Below, piece by piece: positions 28,601 through 40,086 of a DNA stretch of 64,000 bases. The position numbers were made by a program, and so were the translations under genes. Location of the stretch: positions 2,103 through 66,102 of the forward strand of contig JAYFOS010000018.1 in the NCBI GenBank assembly GCA_034928745.1. The letters run 5' to 3'. The stretch is from Rikenellaceae bacterium. GTDB taxonomy: Bacteria; Bacteroidota; Bacteroidia; Bacteroidales; UBA932. The notes beneath the pieces were generated by a model. It was not told the DNA's origin. It saw only the letters and a list, made by a program, of their open reading frames with translations, and searched no databases. Numbering within the stretch: the first letter of the stretch is position 1; every line of letters starts with the position of its first letter.

Positions 28601-29866
28601 ATGAATATTCTTAGAGCATTTTCCAGAGTCCTTCTCGGACTAGTCTTTATCTTTTCCGGATTTACAAAAATCATTGATCCGGTAGGTGTGGGTCTCATAG
28701 TCGCTGAGTATATGAAGATACTCGGTTTGACATCAATACCGCAAATATGCCAGTTTTTAGGTATTGCGCTTTCTGCAACAGAACTCCTTCTTGGTATATG
28801 CCTTTTATCCGGAATTAAAATGAAGGTGAGCAGTACTGTCGCAATGGCTTTTATTTCTATATTTCTCATTGTTACTCTCTTACTGGTAATTTTTAATCCC
28901 ATACACGATTGCGGGTGCTTCGGAGAAGCTATTAAATTAACAAACTGGCAGACTTTCTTTAAAAATGTAGTCCTCTTTATCTGTGCTTATATTGTCTTCA
29001 AGCAGAGAGACAAATTTATCCCCATTGCTCCAAATCATTGGGAATGGGTTTTAGCAGCCGTCTACGGTTTATCGGTTATGACAATATCTTTATATTGCCT
29101 GCGGCACCTTCCATTGATAGATTTTACAGAATACAAGCCGGGTTCAGATCTGAGAGAAAAGATATTTTTGCAATCATCAACAACCGATCAACCTATATTT
29201 GAAACAGTACTGATTTATAAAAAGGGAAAAACGATTAAGGAGTTTACAGTAGAGAATATCCCGGATTCCACATGGACTTTCGTTGATTCAAGAAGCAAGC
29301 AGATTAATAAAAGAGTGGAACCTGAGTCAGGAGCATTTGCTGTTTCAGATAAGAGTGGAGAGTATCTTACAGATTCTCTGGTTTCAATGAAAGGTGCGCT
29401 ATTTGTGACTTCAATCCCGTTACTTGATAATCTCTCTTCAAAAAAAATTAATAAAATAGAAATTAGAGACCAATATCTGAAGTCATCCGGTCTTCGTCAC
29501 ATAATACTCTGTGGATCCTCTTTTGACAATATTGATTCTGTCTTTAGTAATTCAAATGCACTTCAGATTTATTATACAGATTATAAAACCTTAATTACTC
29601 TCAATCGCTCTAACGGTGGAATGATATATATATATGACGGGCAGATTGCCGCAAAATGGTCTTACAGCGATGCAGACAGACAGAATATTGCCGATATTTT
29701 AAAAGATGACCCTGAGCTTATATCTGCAAACAGGGTTATAAAGGAGCATGTGACTATTGAGGTGGCAATAGCAGTTCTTCTACTTCTGATAGTGCTGATG
29801 AGGCTGACTCTAAGGCTCGCTTATAAACATAAAGAGAATCCAGATGAAAATATTCCAGAACTTTGA
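28601..29866 (+). CDS. MauE/DoxX-family membrane protein with a C-terminal extracytoplasmic domain
   Basis: Four N-terminal TM helices carrying the HDCGCFGE motif typical of MauE/DoxX redox-associated proteins, then a soluble domain and a terminal TM. Confidence 0.65.
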   Translation: MNILRAFSRVLLGLVFIFSGFTKIIDPVGVGLIVAEYMKILGLTSIPQICQFLGIALSATELLLGICLLSGIKMKVSSTVAMAFISIFLIVTLLLVIFNPIHDCGCFGEAIKLTNWQTFFKNVVLFICAYIVFKQRDKFIPIAPNHWEWVLAAVYGLSVMTISLYCLRHLPLIDFTEYKPGSDLREKIFLQSSTTDQPIFETVLIYKKGKTIKEFTVENIPDSTWTFVDSRSKQINKRVEPESGAFAVSDKSGEYLTDSLVSMKGALFVTSIPLLDNLSSKKINKIEIRDQYLKSSGLRHIILCGSSFDNIDSVFSNSNALQIYYTDYKTLITLNRSNGGMIYIYDGQIAAKWSYSDADRQNIADILKDDPELISANRVIKEHVTIEVAIAVLLLLIVLMRLTLRLAYKHKENPDENIPEL

Positions 29867-30854
29867 TTTAAAGGAAAGAAACACACTTGGCTTAAAGGCC
29901 ATAGCCAAATATTATGTAGAACCAACATCGATTGAGGAGCTGAAATCTCTTCTCTCCGATAAATCATATGAAGCTGTTCCAAAAATGGTAATAGGGGCAG
30001 GCTCTAATATTCTTTTCAGAGGTGATTATGACGGGCTTATAATACATCCTTCTATAAAAGATATTAAAATACTTAGGGAGGATGTCAATTATATATATGT
30101 GAGAGCGGGAGCCGGCGTCGTATGGGATAAGCTTGTTGAATACGCTGTTGACAGAGGCTGGGGAGGAATGGAGAATCTTTCATCAATTCCCGGCTGTACA
30201 GGGGCAGCCCCTGTTCAAAACATAGGCGCATATGGAGCAGAAGCAAAAGAGATAGTATTCAATGTAGAATATCTGTGTTACGATGGTGCAGTTGAAAAGA
30301 GTCTGTCATGCGAAGAGTGCAGGTTTGGTTATAGGGATAGCATTTTCAAGAGGGAGTTGAAGGGTAAGGGAGTTATAACCTATGTAACATTCAGACTATT
30401 AAAGAGTCCCTCCTTAAATACAGGGTATGAGGATGTAAAACTAGCTTTGAAGGATGTTGCTGATCCAACTATATCTCAAGTCAGGTCAGCAATATCATCA
30501 ATTCGTGCAAAAAAACTTCCAGATCCGACAGTGGTTGGTAATGCCGGGAGTTTTTTCAAAAATCCGGTTGTTAACAAATCATTAGCATTGCAACTAAAAG
30601 AGTTGTATCAGGATTTGAAATTGTTTCCTGCAGGAGAAAACGCGTTCAAGCTGCCTGCTGCCTGGCTGATTGATAAATGCGGATTTAAAGGTACGAGAAC
30701 AGGCAATGTGGGTGTTCACGCAAATCAGGCTTTAGTGCTTTTAGCGTACGAAGGAGCAACAGGCGAAGAATTGATAAATCTCTCAAAAACAATTATTGAA
30801 ACTGTTAAAGAGAGATTTAATGTTGATATAGAGCCGGAAGTCAATATTTGTTGA
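29844..30854 (+). CDS. murB: UDP-N-acetylenolpyruvoylglucosamine reductase
   Basis: FAD-binding GAGSNILF. N-terminus NFDLKERNTLGL and C-terminal GNAGSFFKNP are typical of MurB. Confidence 0.9.
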   Translation: MKIFQNFDLKERNTLGLKAIAKYYVEPTSIEELKSLLSDKSYEAVPKMVIGAGSNILFRGDYDGLIIHPSIKDIKILREDVNYIYVRAGAGVVWDKLVEYAVDRGWGGMENLSSIPGCTGAAPVQNIGAYGAEAKEIVFNVEYLCYDGAVEKSLSCEECRFGYRDSIFKRELKGKGVITYVTFRLLKSPSLNTGYEDVKLALKDVADPTISQVRSAISSIRAKKLPDPTVVGNAGSFFKNPVVNKSLALQLKELYQDLKLFPAGENAFKLPAAWLIDKCGFKGTRTGNVGVHANQALVLLAYEGATGEELINLSKTIIETVKERFNVDIEPEVNIC

Positions 30855-30872
30855 CTCCCGGTTTTATAATTT

Positions 30873-33851
30873 CTAGAGTTTTCTCTTGACTTCCACAATT
30901 GTGTATGCCTCGATGATGTCTCCTATCTTCATGTCGTTGAAGTTTTCCACGTTCAGACCGCAATCATACCCGGCAGACACCTCTTTTACATCATCTTTGA
31001 ATCTTTTAAGAGATCCTAATGATCCTTGATAAACGACTATACCATCTCTGATCACACGAATCTTTGCATTTCTGATCAGTTTGCCCTCTTTAACCATACA
31101 TCCTGCAATGGTTCCGACTTTTGATATCTTGAATACCTCACGGACTTCAGCTGTAGCTGTAATTTCTTCTTTCTCCTCAGGAGCAAGCATCCCTTCTATA
31201 CCGCTCTTAACTTCATTAATCGCATCATAAATAACAGAATAGAGACGAATCTCAATCTCTTCTTTCTCAGCAAGTTTTCTGGCATTAGATGAAGGTCTTA
31301 CCTGGAATCCGATTATAATTGCATTGGATGCAGCTGCGAGAAGTACATCACTTTCAGATATTGCCCCGACAGCTTTATGTATTACATTCACATGAATCTC
31401 CTCTGTCGAGAGCTTGATAAGTGAATCAGAAAGAGCCTCGATAGATCCGTCAACGTCTCCTTTAACTATTATATTAAGTTCTTGGAAATTACCTATTGCA
31501 ATACGGCGTCCTATCTCCTCAAGAGTAATGTGTTTCTGTGTCTTAAGACCTTGTATCCGGATTAATTGTTCTCTCTTATTTGCAAGATCTCTTGCCTCCT
31601 TTTCATCTTCCATGACATTGAATGTCTCACCGGCAGCCGGAGCTCCGTTAAGACCAAGAATCGAGACAGGTGTAGATGGTCCCGCTTCAGTAACTTTCTG
31701 ACCCCTCTCGTTGAACATAGCCTTCACTCTTCCGGTGTGGCTTCCACTAAGCATTACATCGCCGACTTTCAATGTACCCGATTGGATAAGGATGGTCGCT
31801 AAGTATCCGCGTCCTTTATCAAGTGATGACTCAATTATTGATCCATGAGCCCTTTTATTAGGGTTTGCCTTTAGCTCAAGAAGCTCAGCTTCAAGAAGAA
31901 TCTTCTCCAGAAGTTTATCAACATTAACCCCCTTTTTTGCAGATATCTCTTGGCATTGGTATTTGCCACCCCAATCCTCGACAAGAAGATTCATAGTGGA
32001 AAGTTGCTCCTTGATTTTATCGGCATTTGCTCCCGGTTTGTCTATTTTATTAATGGCAAATATCATAGGTACACCAGCTGCCTGTGCATGGTTGATAGCT
32101 TCTTTGGTCTGAGGCATTACAGCATCGTCTGCTGCTATTATGATTATTGCAAGGTCTGTGATTTTTGCTCCACGGGCACGCATAGCCGTAAATGCCTCGT
32201 GACCCGGAGTGTCCAAAAATGTTATCCTTTGCCCGTCAGGTAATTTTACATTGTAGGCACCGATGTGTTGTGTAATACCACCAGCCTCTCCGGCGATTAC
32301 GTTTGCCTTACGGATGTAATCGAGCAGTGAGGTTTTTCCGTGGTCTACGTGTCCCATGACTGTGACAATCGGTGGACGCGGTAATAGATTCTCTTCGTCA
32401 TCTCCCTCTTCTTGTATCGCCTCCTGTATATCTGCAGTAATGAATTCCACTTTGTAACCGAACTCTTCAGCAACAAGAACCATGGCTTCAGCATCAAGAC
32501 GCTGGTTTATAGAAACCATAAGGCCGAGATTCATACACGCCTCTATTACCTTTGTAACAGGAACATCCATCATTACTGAAAGATCATTTACAGTGACAAA
32601 TTCGGTAACTCTCAGAATGTTGCTTGCAAGTTCCTGAAGTTCCTGCTCCTCAAGCATTTTCTGATTTGCAATCTCTCGTTTGTCCTTACGGTATTTTGAT
32701 CCTTTAGTCTTTCCCTTGTTCTCAGTCATCTTGGCGTAGGTCTCCTTGATCTGCTTTTGCACAGCATCCTCATCTACTTCATTCCTTACTGGTTTGAATC
32801 TCTCGTTCCTTAAATGCTTGACGAGTTTTTGAGGTGGATTGGCAGGACTGCTTTTTTGTAAAGGATTACTAACCCCTTTTGACTCTTTTGACAGATCAAT
32901 TTTCTCCTTGTTTGGCTTATGAATTCTCTCTCTCTTGCCTTTATTGGCGTTATTGTGAGGGTTGTTCTGCTTTTGTTCCGGCTTTTTTTTCTCAAACTGA
33001 GAAAGATCCATTGTGCCATTTATCTTTAGCCCTGAAAGTTTTTCAACTTTTGTCTCAATATGTATAGGCTCAGGCTTTTTATAATTTTCTGTTCTTTCGG
33101 TATGGGTCACAATATTCTCTTTTCGTTCTTTATTCTCAGTAATTTTAATCTCTTTAGCCTGAGTCTCTGATTTAATATTTTCTGGCTTTTTAGGCTCTTC
33201 AATTGACTTAACCTTTTCTTCAGGTATTATTTCAGATTCCTCTTTTTTTGGAATTATTTCAACAACAGGCGCAGGCTTTTCCTCTATAATAGGTTTAACC
33301 ACCTCCACGATTGTTTCAGGTGTAGATTCCACTATCGGTTTGACCGGTTCAGAAATAACCACCGGAGCTATTTTTGGTTCAGACAGGTCTTCTTCTTCTT
33401 TGAGATTAACGGCCTGGCTTTTTGTCGGAGCACTCTGTTCAGGTTGTGCTGCAGGAACAGACGGTTGAACACTGGCATGAGTTGCCGGTTTATTCAATTT
33501 GTCCAAATCAATTTTCCCCAGCACTTTTGGAGGAGTAGGAGGTTCTACAAGGCTTGTTTTGATAAATACCTCTTTAACAGAAACATAGTCATCGCCGTCT
33601 TCTGATTTTGACCCTTCTGACTTTTCGGTAATGTCTTTAACCTTTATAGCAACCTTCTTGGATTGCTCTTTAATAATCTGCTCCTTACCGAACTCTTTCT
33701 GTACAAGAGCATAAATCTCAGGAGTCACCTTTGTCGTCGGAAGAGGTTCAATCTCAATTTTCTTACTTCTAAGATAGTCAATAAGGGTCCCCATCCCAAT
33801 ATTGAACTCTTTAAGTATTCGGTTTATTCTTATGTTTTCGTTTGCTGTCAT
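30873..33851 (-). CDS. infB: Translation initiation factor IF-2
   Basis: G-domain [20 protein letters not shown] and NKIDK. Long low-complexity P/E/K-rich N-terminal extension. 992 aa. Confidence 0.97.
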   Translation of the reverse strand: MTANENIRINRILKEFNIGMGTLIDYLRSKKIEIEPLPTTKVTPEIYALVQKEFGKEQIIKEQSKKVAIKVKDITEKSEGSKSEDGDDYVSVKEVFIKTSLVEPPTPPKVLGKIDLDKLNKPATHASVQPSVPAAQPEQSAPTKSQAVNLKEEEDLSEPKIAPVVISEPVKPIVESTPETIVEVVKPIIEEKPAPVVEIIPKKEESEIIPEEKVKSIEEPKKPENIKSETQAKEIKITENKERKENIVTHTERTENYKKPEPIHIETKVEKLSGLKINGTMDLSQFEKKKPEQKQNNPHNNANKGKRERIHKPNKEKIDLSKESKGVSNPLQKSSPANPPQKLVKHLRNERFKPVRNEVDEDAVQKQIKETYAKMTENKGKTKGSKYRKDKREIANQKMLEEQELQELASNILRVTEFVTVNDLSVMMDVPVTKVIEACMNLGLMVSINQRLDAEAMVLVAEEFGYKVEFITADIQEAIQEEGDDEENLLPRPPIVTVMGHVDHGKTSLLDYIRKANVIAGEAGGITQHIGAYNVKLPDGQRITFLDTPGHEAFTAMRARGAKITDLAIIIIAADDAVMPQTKEAINHAQAAGVPMIFAINKIDKPGANADKIKEQLSTMNLLVEDWGGKYQCQEISAKKGVNVDKLLEKILLEAELLELKANPNKRAHGSIIESSLDKGRGYLATILIQSGTLKVGDVMLSGSHTGRVKAMFNERGQKVTEAGPSTPVSILGLNGAPAAGETFNVMEDEKEARDLANKREQLIRIQGLKTQKHITLEEIGRRIAIGNFQELNIIVKGDVDGSIEALSDSLIKLSTEEIHVNVIHKAVGAISESDVLLAAASNAIIIGFQVRPSSNARKLAEKEEIEIRLYSVIYDAINEVKSGIEGMLAPEEKEEITATAEVREVFKISKVGTIAGCMVKEGKLIRNAKIRVIRDGIVVYQGSLGSLKRFKDDVKEVSAGYDCGLNVENFNDMKIGDIIEAYTIVEVKRKL

Positions 33852-33872
33852 TAACTATCCTCCAGATAAATA

Positions 33873-35108
33873 TTATTCTTCAAATTCAGCCCGTAATATA
33901 CGCTGTACTTCTGTAACAGTTTCGTCATCAAGATCTGCTCTTCTTACGATTTCTGACACTGGAAGAGCAAGAACGCTCTTTGCTGTATCGCATCCAATGT
34001 TGTTAAGGGCTGAAATAATCCACTCATCTATTTCATCGCTGAAGTCGCTGAGAAGTACATCCTCCTCATCTTCATCCTCGAGATCACGGAATACATCAAT
34101 TTCCATTCCTATAAGCATACCGGCAAGCTTTATATTACTGCCACCCTTTCCAATAGCAAGAGAGACATCGTTTGGTTTAAGGTACACTCCGACTTTTTTC
34201 TCCTCTTCATTAATCTTGATTGAGGATATCTTGGCAGGGCTAAGCGCTCTTTGGATAAGGAGCTGCATATTTGATGTCCAGTTTATGATGTCTATATTCT
34301 CATTTCGTAACTCTCTCACTATACCATGTATCCGGGAGCCCTTTACACCCACACATGCTCCAACTGGATCTATTCTTTCGTCATAAGATTCCACAGCAAC
34401 TTTTGCTCTTTCACCAGGTATCCGGACAATTTTCTTTATTGTGATCAAACCGTCAAATATTTCTGGAACCTCTTGCTCGAAGAGCCTTTCAAGGAATACA
34501 GGAGATGTTCTGGAGAGAGTGATGATCGGTTTGTTGTTCTCCATTTCAACTTTTGACACTACAGCTCTTATTGAGTCTCCTTTTCTGAAAAAATCAGAAG
34601 GGATTTGTTCTGTTTTTGGCAGAAGAAGTTCATTACCTTCTTCATCCATAACGAGAACCTCTTTTCTCCATGCTTGATATACCTCACCAACTATTATCTC
34701 TCCTATGCGGTCTTTATATTTATTGTAAAGATTAGCCTTTTCAATATCCATAATTCTGCCTGAAAGATTCTGACGAAGGTTTAGGATACCTCTTCTGCCG
34801 AAACTGGCCAACTTCACCTCTTCTGTATACTGTTCCCCAACCTCGTATGAATCATCAATCTTAGACACCTCCTCCAAAGAGATTTGTGTATTAGGATCTT
34901 CAACAATCTCAACTACCTCACGGTTTCGCCAAATCTCAAAATCTCCTTTGTCAATATTTATAATAATGTCAAAATTATCTGCAGTTCCATACATTTTGAT
35001 TAGCTGATTGCGGAAGATATCTTCCAGAACGCTCATCATAGTAGGGCGGTCGATGTTTTTTAACTCTTTAAATTCTGCAAATGTGCTTACTAAATTTAAC
35101 CCTTCCAT
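33873..35108 (-). CDS. nusA: Transcription termination/antitermination factor NusA
   Basis: S1 and tandem KH regions (GACVGVKGSRI, AIGKGGSNIKLA). Sits between rimP and infB. Confidence 0.97.
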   Translation of the reverse strand: MEGLNLVSTFAEFKELKNIDRPTMMSVLEDIFRNQLIKMYGTADNFDIIINIDKGDFEIWRNREVVEIVEDPNTQISLEEVSKIDDSYEVGEQYTEEVKLASFGRRGILNLRQNLSGRIMDIEKANLYNKYKDRIGEIIVGEVYQAWRKEVLVMDEEGNELLLPKTEQIPSDFFRKGDSIRAVVSKVEMENNKPIITLSRTSPVFLERLFEQEVPEIFDGLITIKKIVRIPGERAKVAVESYDERIDPVGACVGVKGSRIHGIVRELRNENIDIINWTSNMQLLIQRALSPAKISSIKINEEEKKVGVYLKPNDVSLAIGKGGSNIKLAGMLIGMEIDVFRDLEDEDEEDVLLSDFSDEIDEWIISALNNIGCDTAKSVLALPVSEIVRRADLDDETVTEVQRILRAEFEE

Positions 35109-35130
35109 ATAGGTTGTCTGATTTAAAGTA

Positions 35131-35601
35131 TTATCTAAAATTTATTAATGGCTTAGTGGATTTGATATCAGAAAGAGAGAATCTCTCACTGGTCTCTCTC
35201 TTTTCTTTTCTTTTCTTCCCTTCGACAGCCACCATCTTTGTGTATGCTATTTTTATATATTCTTCAGAGGCTTCAGTCAGGATACCTGTTATCTTCGTCC
35301 CATCCTTCTTCAAAACGGTTACCTCTTTGCCAAGGTATTTTTTGTATTGTAACAAAACCTTGAAAGGTTGGTCAAGACCGGCAGATGTTACTGTCAGTGA
35401 GTAATCTTCAATATCCCTGTCAACAGCATCAATTATTATCTTGTTTATATCTGTACAGTTGTCGAGATTTACATCTGAATCAAGTGATTCAATAGTGATT
35501 TCGACATCGTTATCAGGGCTGATTGTTATATCAACAAGAAATAACGAGTTGTCTGTCAGGTATTGCCCAATTAGAGATACCAACTTTTCTTTCTGGATCA
35601 T
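35131..35601 (-). CDS. rimP: Ribosome maturation factor RimP
   Basis: 156 aa immediately upstream of nusA, with TVTSAGLDQPF (the SPGxDRPL-like motif). Confidence 0.9.
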   Translation of the reverse strand: MIQKEKLVSLIGQYLTDNSLFLVDITISPDNDVEITIESLDSDVNLDNCTDINKIIIDAVDRDIEDYSLTVTSAGLDQPFKVLLQYKKYLGKEVTVLKKDGTKITGILTEASEEYIKIAYTKMVAVEGKKRKEKRETSERFSLSDIKSTKPLINFR

Positions 35602-35620
35602 AATACTGAATTTACAAAAT

Positions 35621-35640
35621 AAGGGGACTCCCGTCCCCTT
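35621..35640 (-). promoter_or_regulatory. GC-rich hairpin in the rimP-nusA-infB leader (candidate attenuator)
   Basis: AAGGGGAC/GTCCCCTT forms a perfect 8-bp stem with a 4-nt loop. On the transcribed (minus) strand it is followed by ATTTTG and lies 19 nt before the rimP ATG. Confidence 0.4.
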
Positions 35641-35662
35641 ACATCTTTTCCTTAAACCGGTG

Positions 35663-35670
35663 CAAATATA
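35663..35670 (-). promoter_or_regulatory. Candidate -7 promoter box (TATATTTG on the minus strand) for rimP-nusA-infB
   Basis: The reverse complement of CAAATATA is an exact TAnnTTTG. This places the hairpin at 35621-35640 within the transcribed leader. Confidence 0.35.
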
Positions 35671-35722
35671 GAAATTATATTATTAATATCAAAATAATTT
35701 TATATTTTCATAACTTTACATT

Positions 35723-36898
35723 ATGGTAAATAATTATAAAATTATTAATGATCCAGTCCATGGTTTTATAAACATTCCATCAGGACTCATTCAGGAGATA
35801 ATAGAACACCCCTATTTCCAGCGTCTGAGAGATATCAAACAGCTAGGAATGACAAATCTTGTCTATCCTGGGGCAACACACTCACGACTTATCCATGCTA
35901 TTGGTGCAATGCATCTTATGAAAGAGGCTGTAGTAACACTTAGAAGTAAAGGTGTTGAGATTGATGCGTCAGAAGAAGAGGCATCAATGTGTGCAATGTT
36001 GCTGCATGATATCGGACACGGCCCATTCAGTCATACTCTCGAGAATAACATCCTAAGGGGCATATCGCATGAAGAGATATCATTGGCAATGATGAGGCTT
36101 ATAGATAAAGAAAAAGAAGGGCGTTTGACAAAAACCATTCAAATATTTGAAGACAGGTATCATAAGCATTTTTTACATCAGCTTGTTTCAAGCCAACTCG
36201 ATGTTGACAGACTGGACTATCTGCGTCGGGATAGTTTCTTTTCTGGTGTAGCCGAGGGTATGATAGGGCATGAGAGAATCATAAAGATGTTGTATGTGCA
36301 TGAAAACTCTCTGGTGGTTGAAGAGAAGGGTATATATTCTGTTGAAAAGTTTCTCATTTCAAGGAGATTGATGTATTGGCAGGTCTATTTACATAAAACG
36401 GTATTGGCCGCAGAACAGCTTCTGATAAAGATACTTATAAGGGCCAAAGAGTTAGTGAACAGCTCAATTTCACTTCCCGGATCACCTGCAATAATCTATT
36501 TTATGAAAAATACATTTTCTAGAGAGGATCTTAATAACAAAGCAATTTTAGATAAATTTGCCCTGCTAGACGATAACGATTTTATCTCTGCGATAAAACA
36601 GTGGCAGTTTTGCGATGACATGGTATTGTCATCTCTGTGCAGGGATCTTACAATGAGAAGATTACCGAAAATAGTGCTCTCATCTGAGCCAATTGACAGT
36701 GAACTATACAAAGAGGATGTTTATCGAGTAAGTAGTGGTGAGGTTGTCAATAGTGGATATGATATAAAGGGTGAATACATCGGGATTCTCTCTAAAGAAG
36801 GGATTGTGAGGAATATATACGATATATCAGATATGCTCTCAGCCAAGGCTTTTTCTCAAGTCACAAAAAAATACTTTCTTTGCACAGCCAAATCATGA
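35723..36898 (+). CDS. HD-domain phosphohydrolase
   Basis: HSRLIH...[12 protein letters not shown]...[11 protein letters not shown], the canonical H..HD..D metal-binding set. Confidence 0.8.
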   Translation: MVNNYKIINDPVHGFINIPSGLIQEIIEHPYFQRLRDIKQLGMTNLVYPGATHSRLIHAIGAMHLMKEAVVTLRSKGVEIDASEEEASMCAMLLHDIGHGPFSHTLENNILRGISHEEISLAMMRLIDKEKEGRLTKTIQIFEDRYHKHFLHQLVSSQLDVDRLDYLRRDSFFSGVAEGMIGHERIIKMLYVHENSLVVEEKGIYSVEKFLISRRLMYWQVYLHKTVLAAEQLLIKILIRAKELVNSSISLPGSPAIIYFMKNTFSREDLNNKAILDKFALLDDNDFISAIKQWQFCDDMVLSSLCRDLTMRRLPKIVLSSEPIDSELYKEDVYRVSSGEVVNSGYDIKGEYIGILSKEGIVRNIYDISDMLSAKAFSQVTKKYFLCTAKS

Positions 36899-37899
36899 AA
36901 AAACAGATGAAAATAACAGCGAAAACTATAGCTGAGTTAGTACAAGGTGAAATTGTTGGCGATCCTGAGACAGTTGTTAGCACAATCACAAAGATTGAAC
37001 AGAGCAAAAAGGGCTCTATCAGTTTTTATGCAAACCATAAATACGAGAAACACCTATATAATACTAAATCAAGTATTATTCTTATAAACAAGGATTTTTC
37101 CCCGTCGCAGCGCATACCTGCGCCGTGTATTATTAAAGTCGATAATGCATATCAATGTATGCCAGCCTTACTTGATCTATTCAATACAATTAAGGCAAAG
37201 AATAAAAGGGGGAGAGGCTTCTTTACCAAGATTGCCTGGACTGCAAAGATAGGGAGAAACGCATATGTCGGTTCTCACTCATATGTCGGGAAATGGGCTG
37301 TAATAGGCAATGGCTCGCAGATATACCCTCACTCATACATAGGCGATAATGTGGTTATTGGAGAAAACACTATTGTTTATCCGGGGGTCAAGATTTATGC
37401 AGCATGTCGGATTGGATCAAATTGCATCATACATGCAAATGCTGTAATTGGCGCAGATGGATTCGGATTTTCACCAGACAGTGACGGAGTATACAGAAAA
37501 GTTCCTCAGATAGGGAATGTCGTAATTGAGGATAATTGTGAGATAGGAGCAAATACAACCATTGACAGGGCAACTATGGGGTCAACAATAATCAGGAAGG
37601 GTGTTAAACTTGATAACCTTATCCAGATAGCTCACAATTGTGATATTGGAGAAAATACTGTAATTGCTGCTCAGGCGGGCATAGCCGGCTCTACCACAAT
37701 TGGAAAGAACTGTATGTTAGGCGGTCAGGTAGGAGTAGGGGATCATATAGTGATTGCCGACAACACAATAATTGCATCTCAGGCTGGTATATTGAGCAGT
37801 ATAAAGGTGCCGGGAAGAATGCTGGCCGGTTCCCCTGCTATAGAGTACAAAGATTATATGAAGTCTTATGCAATTTTCAAAAATCTGCACAAAAGATAA
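36895..37899 (+). CDS. lpxD: UDP-3-O-acylglucosamine N-acyltransferase
   Basis: Left-handed beta-helix hexapeptide repeats throughout and lpx cluster context. The ATG at 36895 (ATGA overlap with the HD gene stop) is preferred over the TTG at 36880. Confidence 0.9.
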   Translation: MKKQMKITAKTIAELVQGEIVGDPETVVSTITKIEQSKKGSISFYANHKYEKHLYNTKSSIILINKDFSPSQRIPAPCIIKVDNAYQCMPALLDLFNTIKAKNKRGRGFFTKIAWTAKIGRNAYVGSHSYVGKWAVIGNGSQIYPHSYIGDNVVIGENTIVYPGVKIYAACRIGSNCIIHANAVIGADGFGFSPDSDGVYRKVPQIGNVVIEDNCEIGANTTIDRATMGSTIIRKGVKLDNLIQIAHNCDIGENTVIAAQAGIAGSTTIGKNCMLGGQVGVGDHIVIADNTIIASQAGILSSIKVPGRMLAGSPAIEYKDYMKSYAIFKNLHKR

Positions 37900-37902
37900 G
37901 GT

Positions 37903-39279
37903 ATGCAATATACAGTATCAGATGTTGTGACATTTTCCGGAAAAGGTTTGCATACCGGAGCTCCAGTTAGGATGGAGATACATCCCGCACATGGAGATAA
38001 TGGCATCATATTCCGCCGGATTGATTTACCGGGAGAGCCCGAGATTCCTGCTCTTGCCGAATATGTCTCCACAACAAAAAGAGGTACGACAATTACAAAG
38101 GATGCGGTCAGTGTATCGACTATTGAGCATATAACGGCTACGTTGTTTGCGCTTGGAATAGATAATGCCATAATAAAGGTAAATGGACCGGAAATACCTA
38201 TAATGGATGGGAGTGCAAGAGAGTTTGCGGAAAAAGTTCTTAAAGTAGGTATCAAAGAGTTGAAAAATCCCCGCAGATCATACACTCCAAGTAGGGTTAT
38301 ACATTATAAAGATGAGCATAGCGGGGCTGAGATTACTGTTACTCCATCCAAGGAGTTTTCAATAGATCTTCAGATTGATTTTAATTCAGATATTATAGGA
38401 AAACAAAAAGCTCGCTTTGATAAAACATCTGATTTTCTGAAAGAGATAGCGCCTTGCAGGACATTTGTGTTTCTTGAAGATGTGATGCCTCTTTTAAAAT
38501 GCAATCTTATAAAAGGAGGCGACATAGATAATGCAATTGTGATTGCTGAAAAGGATATCCCCAAAGATGAGAGAATTTATTTAAAGAGTGCATATCCTAA
38601 AATTTTTACTAACGATATCAAAAAAGGATATATAAACGCTTCTGGTCTGAGATGTGAAGATGAGTGTGTAAGACACAAGCTCCTTGATATAATCGGAGAT
38701 CTCTCTTTGGTCGGGGTGTCTATAAATGCCAGGATTGAGGCTAATAAATCGGGACATAGTATTAACACAATAGTAGCAAGAATTATGAGAAATGATTTAA
38801 TGGAGTCTGGAGACATTCCACAATATGACCCAAACAAGGAACCGGTTGTAGATATTAATGGAATAAAGAAACTTTTACCACACAGACCTCCATTCCTTAT
38901 GGTTGACAGAATTTCAGAAATGTCAGAAAATGCTGTAGTCGGGATAAAGACTATCGGGATAAATGAGGGATATTTTATCGGACACTTTCCGGATGAGCCT
39001 GTAATGCCCGGAGTTTTAATCCTTGAAACCATGGCTCAGGTTGGAGGGATCTTGGTCCTCAACGGTGTGGATGAGCCGGAAAAGTACTCTACCTATTTTG
39101 CTAAGATCGATAAGGTGAAATTTAAAAAGAAAGTTGTTCCAGGGGATGTCCTTGTGATAAAAATGGTATTGACACAGCCACTCAGAAGATCAATAGTATG
39201 TATGAGAGGAGAGGTATATGTTGGCAATACTATGGTTTGTGAGGGTGAGATGATTGCACAGGTTATTAAGAACAAGTGA
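37903..39279 (+). CDS. lpxC/fabZ: Bifunctional UDP-3-O-acyl-GlcNAc deacetylase / (3R)-hydroxyacyl-ACP dehydratase
   Basis: N-terminal LpxC (GKGLHTGAPV, TIEHITATL) fused to C-terminal FabZ (LPHRPPFLMVDRI, GHFPDEPVMPGVL). This fusion is characteristic of Bacteroidota. Confidence 0.95.
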   Translation: MQYTVSDVVTFSGKGLHTGAPVRMEIHPAHGDNGIIFRRIDLPGEPEIPALAEYVSTTKRGTTITKDAVSVSTIEHITATLFALGIDNAIIKVNGPEIPIMDGSAREFAEKVLKVGIKELKNPRRSYTPSRVIHYKDEHSGAEITVTPSKEFSIDLQIDFNSDIIGKQKARFDKTSDFLKEIAPCRTFVFLEDVMPLLKCNLIKGGDIDNAIVIAEKDIPKDERIYLKSAYPKIFTNDIKKGYINASGLRCEDECVRHKLLDIIGDLSLVGVSINARIEANKSGHSINTIVARIMRNDLMESGDIPQYDPNKEPVVDINGIKKLLPHRPPFLMVDRISEMSENAVVGIKTIGINEGYFIGHFPDEPVMPGVLILETMAQVGGILVLNGVDEPEKYSTYFAKIDKVKFKKKVVPGDVLVIKMVLTQPLRRSIVCMRGEVYVGNTMVCEGEMIAQVIKNK

Positions 39280-39294
39280 TAAAAACACTAAGTT

Positions 39295-40086
39295 ATGAGT
39301 GAGGCTTATATTCATCCAAAAGCCAAAATCGGCAAAGATGTCACGATTGGGCCTTTTTGCTATATAGCAGAAAATGTTGAGATCGGAGATGGTACAACCT
39401 TGGGACCGCATGTGACAATATTGGATTATGTCAGAATCGGAAAGAACAACAAGATATCTCCTGGGGCTGTTTTGGGCTCCTTGCCACAGGATGTGGGATT
39501 TGCCAATGAGGTGACTTGGCTGGAGATTGGAGACAACAATCTCATAAGGGAGTATGCCAACATGGCAAGAGGAACGTTTCACGGCAGGGGAAAGACTGTT
39601 ATGGGGAATGATAATATGCTCATGGCGTATTCCCATGTAGCACATGACTGTATCATAGGCAACGGAACAATAATTGTCAGTTATGTGGCGCTTGCCGGCT
39701 TTACTGAGGTTCATGATTATGCTACTATAGGCGGACAATGCGGCCTCCATCAATTTAACAGGATTGGTGCTCACTGTATGGTTGCGGCAGCGTCAATCGT
39801 GATGAAGGATATACCTCCTTATTCTCTTACAGGACGTAATCCGGTGGCATTCTATAAGCTTAATTTAGTCGGACTAAGAAGAAGAGGATTTACTAGAGAA
39901 CAGATTGACAGGATTGAGAGTATTTACAGAGCTTTGTACGACTCTGGGCTGAATGTTTCGGATGCTTGTGTGAAAATAGAAAGTGATTTTGAAGATAGCG
40001 TTGAGAAGAGGACAATACTTGACTTCATTAAAACCTCCAAGAGAGGTATAGTGCCCAAAGTTTCCAAGCTCATGTCCCATGATTGA
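39295..40086 (+). CDS. lpxA: Acyl-ACP--UDP-GlcNAc O-acyltransferase
   Basis: Hexapeptide repeats plus the C-terminal helical domain (NLVGLRRRGF). Follows lpxC/fabZ. Confidence 0.95.
   Translation: MSEAYIHPKAKIGKDVTIGPFCYIAENVEIGDGTTLGPHVTILDYVRIGKNNKISPGAVLGSLPQDVGFANEVTWLEIGDNNLIREYANMARGTFHGRGKTVMGNDNMLMAYSHVAHDCIIGNGTIIVSYVALAGFTEVHDYATIGGQCGLHQFNRIGAHCMVAAASIVMKDIPPYSLTGRNPVAFYKLNLVGLRRRGFTREQIDRIESIYRALYDSGLNVSDACVKIESDFEDSVEKRTILDFIKTSKRGIVPKVSKLMSHD

Noticed and set aside
33802-34386. 194-aa plus-strand ORF antisense to nusA, and similar long antisense ORFs (39190..39774, 38577..39032, 37866..38285, 5044..5460, 3537..3950)
   Set aside because: They lie entirely within genes that have unambiguous conserved motifs on the other strand. 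Their products are Ser/Ile/Leu-rich shadow translations with no recognisable features.
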